Assembly (NCBI GenBank): GCA_951406725.2
Contig: OX597818.1
Coordinates: 1,550,001-1,614,000, forward strand
DNA length: 64,000 nucleotides
Source: Octopus vulgaris
Taxonomy: Eukaryota
Direction: 5' to 3'
Positions 35,555-48,785 of the stretch are shown piece after piece. Both the position numbers and the translations under genes were made by a program. Every line of letters begins with the position of its first letter. Within the stretch, counting starts at the first letter, position 1. Under the pieces are notes generated by a model, which did no database searches, was not told the DNA's origin, and saw nothing but the letters and a program-made list of their open reading frames with translations.

Positions 35555-38500
35555 TTAATTAAGCGGCATTCGAAGAAATCCTCTCCAACCAAATAACTTC
35601 ATATTGTTATGATTACTAATTTGGAATACTTTAAACACTTCAAGATGTTAATCGAGGTTATAAATGAAAGCATACATAAGTATTTAACTTAGTTTTTTTT
35701 TTTAATATATATTTAATAATGAGTTTATGTGTGAAAATACTTGCCTTTGTAAGACGTAATTTTCAACATATGTTTAACAAAGTATTTGTTTATTTTGGTG
35801 TGTTATTTAATTATTTCTATTGAGACATGTATTTGCTGAGAAAGGTTTGGTGGCTCTTTTCGTTTTAAGAAGAGTCGCAAGGAATTTGAACCGTTAATAT
35901 CAAACACGTGTAGTGAGATTTGAAACAGAAAATTTACGTCGAAAGTCTTCCACCTCAATAAGTGAGGTATTCCACTTATTATTCCTACTATTTGAATTCC
36001 TAATACAACTCACGGGTAGCGATATTGACTGTTTTTAAACTTCGGGCAAACTGGCTGTAAGAATCGGCTTTGAACACTGCTTGTAGCCATAATACTTTAA
36101 ACTTAGAAAAAGCATGACCTTTACGAATTGCCAATTCTTTTTAAAATTTTGAATCTTGCTTCTATCTACAAATTCTTCTGCTACAAATTTGTAACTCCTG
36201 TACAGTTTCAACATCTCGAGGTCAGATTTTGGTCAGTGAGAGCAAGACACAACCGAGTTTCAACATAACCCAAATTAATATGTTGCACCAGCAGCTGAGG
36301 TGTTGGCAGTTTATGTTATGCAACTGACACTGAGATAAAGGCCACTCATTGCTTATAGATGCTACTCATCACTCATTGGTGCAACTTATTTCTCAAAGTC
36401 GTTGCTTTGGCTCTTAAAAAAGTGAATATAAAATTCTTTGTGTTCTTAAATTCTTAAAATAGATTTTTCATGTATGATGTTTTACGTATCTTCTACGTCG
36501 GACACCCTGAGGGGTTCTCCACCCACACTATTTTGAATATAGCATTAATATGGTATTGTACAATCACTATAGCATTAATATGGTATTGTACAATCACTAT
36601 AGCTTTCCAAATTATCAATATCTGGGATCTCGGCAGAAATTTCTGTTGCTCTTCACTAGTGATCGTTGGAGTTTAACCTCTCCTCCATCTTTATGCGATT
36701 TGCTTAGGATTCTCAGTAGTTTTTTTTTTTTTTTAATGTCTGGAAACTCCAATATGGGTTACATTGCCCTGCGTACATATCTGAGAATTATGTCATTTAT
36801 TCCGGGAGTATGAAAAGTAAAGTTAACCTCAGTGGGATTTGAATTCGGAACATAAGGATAAAGTATTATGTATTTTGTCCGATGCTCTAACGCTTTTAGG
36901 TTAGATATACAAAAGGAGGAAAATAAAAATTATAAACTCAGATTGTGAATATGAAACGAAGAAACTTCAAAGTTTGTTAAAGAAGGTTGATTAATAAATG
37001 CCTCTGTCTTTCCGTTGTAAACAGAACATGTAACAACTACAACACAATTTATATTCTGACATACGCGGTTAAAGTTCTGCATTGTCAATTAGAAGTAATG
37101 TGTAAAGAGCTTAATTAATGATTTTATTAATGTTGGTATTTCCGGGAAAAGTGATTATAAATATGATAGCATTTCAACATATCTACAAATTCGTCGGTGA
37201 AATTCTGTAAATGATATTTTCTGGTGTTTTAAAGAGATCACGAGAGCTTGCCAAACACATGGTCATAGATATGAAGCAATAAAATATGTCAACTACAACA
37301 ATAACTGTAATGTTCTGTGTAGCTCTATTGTTTTATTGGTATTTTCAAAGGCGAGAGCAATAACATACCAACTCACGAGACTCAAACATTCTTTCTCTTT
37401 CAGAGAAATATCAGTCATTTTTTCAGAGAATTTTATCTCATTCAACCTCTTGTGTTAATCGTACCCATGCAAGTACCTGTTCCTCCTCTCATTTTACGGT
37501 CTCTGGTTCACTATTTCATTGGCATCAGGTTCCATTTTAGACAGATACATTCAATTCGATAGATGGATATTAGCTATAATATATACATACATTGTGTGTT
37601 TATGTGTGTAAATGTATGTGAACATGCATGTATGTTTGTGTGGGAGTGTCCATTCATAATATTTGTTTTCTCTCAACTATAACATTAAAGTAATGAATAT
37701 TATTGGGAATATATCCATGCTTTACCGTTATAGCAATAACCTTTGCAGGCATAGGTGGCTTCTTTATTCCACAAAATTTCTAGATCTACAGAATTTGAAA
37801 AGTTCCTGTCAACAAACAAAGGTCCATGGATGATTTTAGGAGAATTCACTCATTTGTAAATATTCAGATAACTTTTGGGGATGCTGATTACTTCTTATAC
37901 CGTTACTCAGGGAGGAATTGTACTACTTGTCATGGGTAACAGGGAAAACTACTTGTAGAACTCAGTCGGGGGGCTTAACTTTGAGGTGAAGTTTCGTGTT
38001 ACTGTTTTGTTAACTAGCATATTATCTGGTTTCTCTTATTCAACTTTTCTTTTAAGTAGCCTATTATCCCGTATTCTGTTGTTCTACTTCTATTTTTACT
38101 GGAATCTAATCTCATATTTTTATATTCATTATTCTCACGACCTTCCTCTCTCACGATCAAACTCAACTTTAACTGAGATTCTTTATGGTCAATTGCTCCC
38201 TGCCAGGCCCTGTCGTATAACAGTGATGGCTCCAATGGCACCCTCCTCCAATATGAATCTTGCCCCTCACCTTCCTGTAGATAACTAAATTAAACCTTGC
38301 AGACATGGATTTGCAAACACGGGTCAATTGTTTAGGAATTTTCACTTCCCGCAACTAAATCTCTCTTAAATTTCTCTCGCACTTCACAAAAAGCGGGACA
38401 CAGAGAATATACTCCTGGATATAAAAAATGTGAACATTTTGATCATGGTTCTGCTCGAACAAGGTTGACCTGGAGCTAAACAACAACAACAACAACCTAA

Positions 38501-39045
38501 ACTAACATTCTCTTTCCCCCGACCAAAACAATGGAATGTCTTGTCACGTAGTATCCTCTCGGGCATGTCACCAATAATGAATTTCAGCTGCTCTTGTAGA
38601 AAATTCTATTTCCTACGTTTATCAAACGTTTCACCTTTTCCAATCTAGTCAAAAGTATTGATGTTGTTCTTACTCTTCTACCAGTTTAACCGCGAACAGC
38701 TGAAATATTCACCAATCGACTTATTGATTAAACAAATATCTTTGATCTCTTTCTCACTTCCAAACCCAGCCATTATCGAGACTTAACAATGATTGATTCT
38801 ATTTCATTATCAATTTCATTGTTATGGCTGTTTAGAACGCTATAAGCCTCTCAATAACCATCCGGATCGATTTTAGCCATTTTCTTTAAAACCATGTAAG
38901 GAGCCTTTTCGGTAAAAAAAAAAAACCAGAACATACAAAGCAAATTGTAAATATTTTCAGAGGAAAAGGTGAACAATTCAAGTCAGGTTTCGCTGTTCTT
39001 TCAAGCACAACCCAAGCCACCCTCCCTTTTCACTCTCACGTGTAT

Positions 39046-39445
39046 TTTCTCTTTTACTGTTCAGTCTTTTGACTGTGACCATGCTGAAGCACCGCCTTTG
39101 AGTCGAGCAAATCGACCCAGGACTTATTTTTTGTAAGCTTAGTACTTATTCTATCGCCATCTTATGCCGAACCGCTAAGTTACGGGGACGTAAACACACC
39201 AGCATCGGTTCTCAAGCGATCTTGGGGGGACAAACACAGACACACAAACGTATACACACACACACACACACACACACATACACACACACACACACAAATA
39301 TATATATAAATATATAGATAGATAGATGCGACGGGCTTCTTTCAGTTTCCGTCTACCAAATCCACTCACAAGGCTTTGGTCGGCCCGAGGCTATAGTAGA
39401 AGACACTTGCCCAATGTTCCACGCAGTGAGACTGAACCCAGAACT
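39046..39445 (-). mobile_element. tRNA-derived SINE, head truncated
   Basis: Same tail, body and core as 15966-16334. Confidence 0.85.
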
Positions 39446-39449
39446 ACGC

Positions 39450-40528
39450 CTGATTTTTTTTAATACTTTTCTCCCGTTAAACACATTTTACAGAATCATG
39501 ATGTCGAAGTAACACACGCGTGGTCCACTGGCGGACTATAGGCAACAAAATAAATTGTAATCTAAATTTTTACCCCACCTCAATCGAGTGAAGCCGTGTG
39601 TGTGTGTGTGTGTGTAAGAAAAAACATTTTCTAACAGAAAAATATGCTATTAAAATGAATTATCGTTTGCGTAATATTTTTTAATCACTATGGATAAAAT
39701 GCCAGCAATGACTTTCTCAGGATCTACAATATTTTTAATTCTATACAGAAACAATAGGGGGCAGGGAGTGGGGTTGCAAAATTTCATAATTTCTCAAATT
39801 TTCTTTTTTTATAGCATATAAATGTATTTATGAGGGGAAATATTGAAAAATATTAATACATGGGAGAGGGAGAATGAAACGAGGAGGTTTGTCTTTGGAT
39901 GTGCTAGAAACAACAGCAAAACCGCCCTTAAATCACTCACTTTTCCCTCTGAAAATATTAACAATTTTTTTTTTATCTAAAATGCTCTTCTCATGGTTTT
40001 GAAGTACAAAAAAAAATTGTCCAAAATAGGTCCAGAGTGGGATGATGAGAGAGGGGGGTATAAAAAAAGAGTTTTGAAAACCTTTTTTCATACATAGATG
40101 CCCCCTCCCCATCATTTCGAAGACTGTGGTTTAAAAAAAATGAGGAAAATCCCCGAAAAAATTTTCCCCACAAATTTCTTTATAATCGTAATCTATGCCG
40201 TTTGGAAGGGATTTGTCTAAACTTTCATTAAAAGATAGTCATTTTCCTGAAAGTCATTAGGGAAAAAAGTCAGATAATGTGAAATTTCCGAAACTCCTCT
40301 CTCCATCCCATCGGAAAATGTCTTTCCCATAAATCTCTTTATACTCTGAAGCCACAACGTTTTAAGCGGTATTTGTACAACATTTTCTAGAAAAGTATCT
40401 ATTTTTCTGGATGCTATGAGGCAACAAAGTCGGGGCGTATACATCTGTTGTAACGCCCTTTTATTTATACGATTTTTTCATTTTATGTTTATTTCAATCA
40501 TTGTTTGCAATGTTCTCTCCCTCCACTC

Positions 40529-40564
<36 letters not shown>

Positions 40565-40856
40565 ACACTGCAGAGCTCTCAGATGGGCTGTTGAATAAGA
40601 AATCTCTATGTTGCTTTGAGGATAAGGTAAAACTTGTCAAACTGCTTATCCCTCTGTTGTTGGACTACTATGGCGTTTGTTTCAAAAAGAGAGATTATGA
40701 CTGATAAAATAATGAAATATTTACTAAGCAAATGAGCACTATTATAGAAAGAAATAATTAGACGTAAAATATAAAAATTATTAGAACTGGGAATCAAATG
40801 TGAAAATATTATGAAGGGGATAGCAGAAAACCGCCCGGAGGGTAGTCTTTCTGCTA

Positions 40857-40857
<1 letters not shown>
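39450..40857 (+). mobile_element. Probable non-autonomous Helitron (3' end clear, 5' end uncertain)
   Basis: Ends ccgcccggagggtag tctttctgCTAG|T, next to (TA)n. Confidence 0.5.
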
Positions 40858-40928
<71 letters not shown>

Positions 40929-41093
40929 TTAATACTTTTGTCGCTGGATTGCGTGTTCGTTTCTCATTTTTCCATCTGTGATTTTATTTTTGATCTATAT
41001 AAATGAAGATATTTCCTCCGTCTGGCCGCTCTTCTTTCTACAAAACGAGCAGTTACATTGCGGAACTGTTATTCTAACGAGTTGCATTTATTT

Positions 41094-41199
41094 ATCACCC
41101 GACGAGATACATCTGCACCGCCGGGTGCTCCTGAGCCAGTTGTTGAATGTTTCGCCCATGAAGGATCGATTCCAGATGTGGCAAAACAATTGTCGTGAT
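41094..41199 (+). ncRNA. Hammerhead-like motif with extended stem II, U4C variant, G12 is A
   Basis: ATCAC CCGACGA GAT ACATCTG...CAGATGT GGC AAAA CAATTG TC GTGAT; palindromic stem III ACAATTGT. Confidence 0.6.
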
Positions 41200-43229
41200 T
41201 AATATTAAATTCTTCTATATTCCGTCTTCCGTCTTTCATTTGTCATATGTATATGTAGTTATATATATATGTGTGTGTGTATGTGTGTGCATGTATGTAT
41301 GTATATATGTATGTATGTATGTATGTATGTACGTACGTATGTATTTACTCACACTTAGACACCCGATCAACAATGTGGGGGAACAGTTATAGTCTGTGAG
41401 CCCGACTATGACCAGTTGTTCATATTTGATCCTGTAGGATTTTCCATGACTGCCATGACTGTTATACTCTAATAGTTTGTTGTCTTTTATAATGGCAGGT
41501 GTCAGAATAGAACGGATAAAGTGAGCTTAGTCACCATAGCATTCTCAGTTACTCAAACGTATCAATCATACAGATTAATTCAGTATAGTTTAGCAAGCCA
41601 GTTAGTGATATTTTGGAATATGTGCGTGATATGTATTTGACTGAACCGGATAAACGGGGTCAGTTTTCCTTGTAAAGTTTTTCTACATTGAGAAAAGTTA
41701 CGATATATTTTTCACTAGTCACTTAGAAGCAAAAAGATCAATAAAATAAATAACAACTAGCAAAGACAGATAACGCCCACAATACAAAGTTATGAATGGC
41801 ATTTTAACCGGTTGGAGCAGAGCCGTAAATAACAACGAACACCAATGTAGATAATCTAGTATGATCTACTAGAAATAGCAATCTAATCTCCTTCAAATCA
41901 TACTTTATTAACTTAAAATTATTAGACGCATTCAATAATCTAGCCCTAGAAAACATAGGCTGGTTATAGCAAAATAACTTTAATTAAAGGTCAGCTGACC
42001 TTGGGTTAAACAACAATAACAATAATAATGAAGACGCTACTACATCACGTCGATATCTGATCAATTGGCTAAAATGGCTTTAAAACAGAAATCAGGTTTC
42101 ATCAAATGGATCGGAATCCTCGAAATAAGATTTTCACGATTGGGATACCGACCTAACGAAAGAGGGAATTCATCTCCTTCAGACACATTCATCATCTAAT
42201 GTCCTGTACATAGAGGTTAAACAGATGGTTCTGAAGGGTAATTAGAGAGGAAGAGAGAGGGAAAAAGAAAACAGACGGAAGGACTGGGGGAAAGATATAA
42301 GCTAGCAATGTAGGAAATCAGTTAAATCGGAACTATTATGAATCAGTCTGGTATAAAAATAGATTCTAACTCGTATCGAGGTCCATTATGGTGAACAAAG
42401 ATAAAAGCCGGGGCAACGCTAGGAATGGTAACCTGCGGGGTTTTCAATATTATTTCCGCCTCTGTAATTTCTAAGATCAAACCTTGAATTGTCAACATTG
42501 TCTCATTCTTCCGGATTAAGTAAAATGTCACAAACTACAATCTAGTCAACCGACCACACTGCCACACCACAAAAAACGAAAGTCTCGTGTCAACGCATCT
42601 CTACGGTGAACAAGAACCATTACAGAATCGAACATCAAGTGAGTTCCTTAGACTTTGCAGGAATTAACAAATGCTAGTAAGTTGAAATGTATCTTGTTAT
42701 CAAAGATCAAATGTTAAACCTCAATTGTACAAGTGCTTTTGTACAAATGCTTTCCTCTTGTTTAAGTGAATTAAGTTTCTCTTCTGTTATTTAATTTTCT
42801 CAATCCTTCATGATGACAATAGCAATCACAAATGCTTCTAAAAATTTTATCTGGACACGTGTTTAAGTCAGAAGTACACTACGCGATTGATACAATTATT
42901 TAATTTTATAATTCAACAGGTGTACAATTCTATTATTTAGCGATTAGTTCGCATGTCTATCAGTGAGTTACAACGAGGTTTCACTTCCACTGAGGATGCT
43001 TCAGTAAACAGGAACATGTAGCTCAGGAATATTTATTAAGCAATATTAGTCATTGTTTGGTATCTTTTGTTTTCTCACTGCACATTTCATAATTTTATTT
43101 TAAAATTTTTTAATGGACACCTTATAAAATATGCTGACATTCACTTACCTACTGTTTAAGGAGTAAATAAACTACGTAGAAAAACATAATAAAGATGAAA
43201 TCCAGACAGATGGGGAAAAATTTAAAAAC

Positions 43230-43680
43230 TTCATCGCCAAAACACGCAACATCAATTATAAATTATCTGTGGGTTCACCTTATCTTCCACTACCAACACC
43301 ACTTTTTCCTAGGTTTTTATCTAACCTCATCACTAACTGCCCCGAGCAAGGTTTCCTCACATTGGGATAGATACACCAATAGGTTCCCAATTTCGATATG
43401 CACGCAGTCTACCATGCTTATCAGTCCTCTTCCCCCATGTGCACTCTTCATGTATAAGCGATTAGTGACTGCATGTGGATGATGAGTTCCATGCATTGCT
43501 ATGAGATTTCTTGTATTCCAACTCCTTTAGCTTATCCTCTGTCCACCTCAGAATTTCAGCGCCATACCAAACCACTGCGACTGCGCGGGAGTTTATTTCC
43601 ACGAAGCCGAAAAACATTAAGGAGATTAACTCTTCTCTTTCTTCCCTTCTTTCCAACCAACATGGCAATCTAAAGAGGGA
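43230..43680 (-). pseudogene. R4/Dong-like LINE post-RT fragment
   Basis: INSRAVAVVWYGAEILRWTEDKLKEL...HPHAVTNRLYMK...GGRGLISM. Confidence 0.6.
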
Positions 43681-45878
43681 GTATCATAAATGCACTTGGT
43701 CTGGGGTCACCCTGGAAGCAGGGTCGTCTGCTTGATAACTTCAGGTCACTAAGTTTGAATGTGATACCCGTCATGAAGACCAGAATTTCCGATACGCGCG
43801 CCTTAGCACCAATTTTAGCCAATTTTGAGATTTTCGCATCCACTACTTCATCCAGCCTGAGGAAAGGATAGTGATGTTGTTCCGGAAACGCTTCGAACTG
43901 GACCTGGACGATAAGTTGGTATTCTTAGTCGATTAGTGCTCCTCGATTTATTTCCAGGTGCATTTCTTTAAGTGCTTGGAGGTTTTCCTTGGAACATCCT
44001 GCTTTTTAGTGCTAGTGGTCAACTGATATACTGTCTTGCATGCACATCTGGGTTGTGTGGGACTAGCCGATGAGAGACAGGGTAAAAAAGCCTCGTAAAC
44101 TTGCACACTTGTTTCCTACTGGCTAAAAAGTACCGAATGACTTTCCCTTATGCACCAATGTAGCCACGAGCAAACAACATTCGGTTATGCAGATCGTAAC
44201 TAGACAGAATATTCTGTAGACCAGTAGACATGGTAGCACACGTTGTCCAAAATTCAAGAGCCCACAAATTTGTGATCAGTACAGTAGGACTAGATATGCT
44301 GCATAGATAGGGAGGCGGTTACTGGAAACTGGACGCATCTTTCCCGGCGCGCCAGGTTTACAGGGACCAGATTAAAGAACTAGTGAAGAGAGAATTGATG
44401 GAGGCAGTCATCAACAATTGATAGTGGTTAACTCTGAAAAGAGCCATTAGGCTAGAATATATATGATTTGGTAAGGAAATGGTGATAGATAATGCTAGAG
44501 TAGAGAGTGAACTAGTTAGTAGCCTTGAAGAGACACTTAGCAAAAGCTTTGCGACTGACGTGCTTGGAGCGAGGTTGACCTTGAACCAATTCTTCAACGC
44601 CAAGCACGAAGACTGCGTTGTCAGAGCTAGCGAGCATGCTCTAAAGCATGAAGGAGCAAAAGCTGTTCAACGGGCCCGGGCGGCGGAGACGCAACAATTC
44701 GAGCTTTTGTGGATTGGAAAAGGTGCGTGATAGTCGATACTAAGTAGATGTATGCGGTTTTCAGCAGCAGTTTACTTAGGCGTTAGGATTGGTCCCACGT
44801 CTACCAATATCACTAGTTTTCTGGGATTCTACTGTTCTACTAGAGTTAATAAATTATTCAAGTGGCCATGATAGTCTCTATAATACGCAAAAGAGCACAA
44901 ATTTGGGAGAAGAGTTTGATTAAATCGCCTCCAGTACTTGACTGGTTCCTGGCCTCAGAAGAATGAAAGAAAATATTGACTGTGGAAGGATTTGAACTCA
45001 GAACGGAAAGAGCCGTTATAAATATCGCAATGTATTTTATCCGAAGCGCTAACGATTCTGCAAATCCACTGCCCTGAAATTTGTAATTAGGATTTCTAAT
45101 ATAGGCGAATGCAGAACATTTTAAAGGATGGAAACTCTCCATTATATCGACCCAGTCAGTTAATTAGTATCATTCCTTATTGGATGAAAGATAAATTTGA
45201 CACCGTTGAGATTTAACTAAACAGTTTAAGGTATTTGGTCCAACACTCTACTGATTTTGCTATCCACTGCCTTTCGAATTAATCAATAATTTTAACACTA
45301 TCGATAATGTCAATCAATAATTCAACGATAGATTGAGTAGATGAAGCTGTGTTATTATATTTTTTACATTACATATTTTCACTTATCTAAAGGAATTGTT
45401 TTTTAATCTCAATTCAATTTTGATTGAGCAATCACAAAATGAAAGCATTGTAGTCACGCCCATCCACTCGTATCAAAAAATATCTGGGACTACATCACCT
45501 AATGTAGCCTTCCTTGTTTTGATGGCAGAGATTTAATTCGAGGGAAATTCATCAGCTATTTCATTATTTTAATATTTCCGTTCAATTTGTTGGCAGTTTT
45601 TAATGTGGAATCTTGTTTCAACTCAGATTCATGATAATTAATTTCTTACTGCTTTCATTCTAATAATAAATAGTTAACTATCACTTCTTGTTTTATTCTT
45701 CAGTAAACCTTGGTCTGACATTCAATCCATTCATGAATGAGATGTATTTTTAAACACTTAGCCTTCTCTTTTGTATTTACACACAATGTCACCGAGTTGA
45801 CTTCTGAAGTTTTGAACAATTTTATAGTATTTCATACTCTGTTCTGGATAAAATCAACAGCAATGATGACAGAAATGG

Positions 45879-45948
45879 GAAGAAGAAGAAGAAGAAGAAG
45901 AAGAAGAAGAAGAAGAAGAAGAAGAAGAAGAAGAAGAAGAAGAAGAAG

Positions 45949-45989
<41 letters not shown>
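45879..45989. repeat. (GAA)n(CAA)n compound microsatellite
   Basis: Read directly. Confidence 0.97.
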
Positions 45990-46216
45990 GTCTTTTAACA
46001 ATATTTACATTGTACGAAAACACTCGGGTTTCATCTCCACAGAAAAAGATCAGAGGAATATTTTCAGATTTCCAGAATATAAACATTACTTTAAAGATCA
46101 ATGAACTAACAACTAGTAGCAAATTTACTACAACTAATTTACTACGACTACTACTGCTGATGTTGTTACTGCTTGTTTCTGGTACATTTTGGTAATGTTA
46201 TTCTCATTCTATTCCC

Positions 46217-46262
<46 letters not shown>

Positions 46263-47344
46263 CAATCACCACAACTGTGCCACCACCTCCAACTATTTAA
46301 GCGTTTGAAAATAGTATGATAAGTGACTTAAATTTAGTGTAGATATGTGCTTGTCTATCAACTTAAAAACCTCAGTAATGAAAACATCATTTTTTTTAAC
46401 ATACAACGTCAAACGTATATTTCTGAAAGGGCCGTAAAAAAATGAAGTGTTCGTTATAACAGTAAATGATGTGTTTTTATAACATCGTCTGTATTTTTAT
46501 TATGTTTTGAAAAACTTTCTGTTTAGCTCATTAACACAGGTGCTCCTTCGATTTTTACTTATTACTTAACACATAGTGTCCTCCTTGCTGTTAGTCGTGT
46601 ATTTACAGCTAAATAAACATACTGAGAAAATAAGAAAACAGACTCCCGCCAGTTTCAGTTCTTTTGCATGGAAGAGATCAGTATATTGGTATTGGATGGA
46701 GAAATGATATTACATGAAATGGAGGGGACCAACATTGGTTATAGTATTTATAAGTGTTTATAGAATATTTTTAATTTTAGAGAGAAGCAATACAAAAACA
46801 ATTATCATTACTATGATTACAATAAAAGCAACAATTAATGATGATAAACAAAAAATATATTTAATAAAGAATAAAGAATTTACAATGAATATTTATGATA
46901 AATAAATGATTCTAACATTGATGTTATTCCTTAACTGCAATTCTAGGATTCTTTTCACGTTAGGCACTTCCACGTTCCCAGCAAATACAACCTTTAAGTG
47001 TATTAGAAGAATTGTATAATATTTTGCATGGAGCAGCAATAAGACAGTAGATATATGATTGATAGCATAGGGTTGAATTTTGAAAAGAAAAATGCAATTT
47101 TGTTTTTCATAATAGGTGTCTCTCTTGTATAGATTTTCGGTCACTGATTCTAAATCCGTTCTCGGATTTTGTGTATCACATCTAGATTTTTTCGAATACG
47201 AATTTTCAAACTTTAACAGAATACTGCATGTAACATATTTGTTGGGCAGAAGTTTCGGTCACATGATGTAATAGCAAATTATTTTAATGGTTTTATGAGA
47301 AGAGCTAATATTTTTTCACCTATATTTAGGTGATATATTAGTTT

Positions 47345-47515
47345 ATCTTGATCTTTTATCTGCAGCTATGCTGGGACACCGCCTTGAATTTTTAATCGAA
47401 TGAATTGACCCGAGTACTTACTTTTTAAGCCTAACACTTGCCCAAGGTGCCACGCAGTACACCTGAATCCGGAACTATGTGATTGGGAAGCAAGCTTCTT
47501 ACTAGACAGCCATGT
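47345..47515 (-). mobile_element. Internally deleted SINE
   Basis: Tail (gcagctatgctgggacaccgcc) joined to core/head (acacttgcccaaggtgccacgcag). Confidence 0.65.
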
Positions 47516-48477
47516 TTATGATATATTTCGTAAAACTTATAAAATATTGGCATATGTTGTCACACAACTAGAGTGGTCTTGCACTATGCAGCCACAAAAA
47601 CAGTTCATCTATCAGACATTACTGAAATCGCATGTAACAATTAGCAAGCAGTACTTTAGCTTTGGAAAAAGCATCAAAATAGTCAACAAAATTCAACCCA
47701 TTTAGTTTTAATTCAATGTATGAGGATATAGAGTAAAAACCAGATCGGTTCAAAACGGCGAATGTTGTGATGTTGAAGGTTTGTAACATTCACTTTCAAC
47801 ACATTGGGCACGTTTTTGAAGATTTTCTATGTTTATGCACGCGTTCTTTAAATTTGTTTCATATCCCAACAGTCTCAAATTTTATTTTATGGTATGGAAA
47901 TTGCATATATGTGTATGATGCCTGTTGTTTCATGTACAATTTCTTTTTGCTGGTGTGATACTAAAGGTCAACACTAGAGTACTGCATCACCCGATTGTTT
48001 TTAAGTATATTCGTGGAAGTCTAATAATGTTCCACACGAATATAGTCAGCTTTCATTTCATTTGCCACTGTTGCCAATATGGGAAGACTGTAAATACTGT
48101 ATATAAACTTATGATACATTTTTCAAGTGCCATGCAACATTCCTCACATAGACAAGGTAGCAAATTTACAATCAAGATTTGGTATTTTCGGATTTGGTAT
48201 TTTCAGCAAGATTTATAACATCATAGAAGCCAATTTCAATACAAAAACTAAAAGTACTTGCATTTGCCTACCACCATGTGAAATTTTAAGTTGATACCAA
48301 TTTCCGATCAAATTAATGTTGATGGTGATAGAAGCAGTATGATCCCTTCTTTGTGGAAGAGTGTAACAATAGTCTGTGGGTAATAAGGTTAAGGAAGTAG
48401 CTTTCTTTTCTTGTATTCTCCAACATGATATCCATTTTGCTCTTTAATTAGGCACCAATAATAATTTGTCGTAACTT

Positions 48478-48785
48478 AGTTGTTAGGGTTTTCGGCTGAC
48501 AATCATAAGACTGTGAGTTCGATACCCAGCAGCGCGTTGTATCCTTGAGTAAGACACTTTATTTCACGTTGTTCCAGTCCACTCCACTTGCAAAAGTGAA
48601 TGGTATCTGTATTTCAAACGACCAGCCTTTCATATTCTGTGTCACGCTGAATCTCCCTGAGAACTACGTTAAGTGTATGCGTGTCTGTGGAGTGCTCAGC
48701 CACTTACATGTTAATTTCACGACCAGGCTGTTCCGTTGGTCAGATCAACTGGAACCCTCATCGTCGTAACCGACAGAGTGCAAGA
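48478..48785 (+). mobile_element. tRNA-derived SINE of a second family
   Basis: B box gagttcgataccc followed by tccttgagtaagacactttatttcacgttgttccagtccactc. Confidence 0.65.

Noticed and set aside
42986-43024. Hammerhead-like CTGAGGA TG...CA GGAA CATG TA
   Set aside because: GAAA is altered and stem I does not pair; possibly a dead relic, not supportable.
44479-44730. 83-aa ORF in a GC-richer patch
   Set aside because: No recognisable domain; probably an old TE remnant that I cannot assign.
45737-46195. Poly-Arg/poly-Thr ORF
   Set aside because: Produced by the (GAA)n(CAA)n microsatellite.
47520-48460. Possible decayed DNA-transposase on minus
   Set aside because: Only a faint resemblance; too degraded to call by eye.
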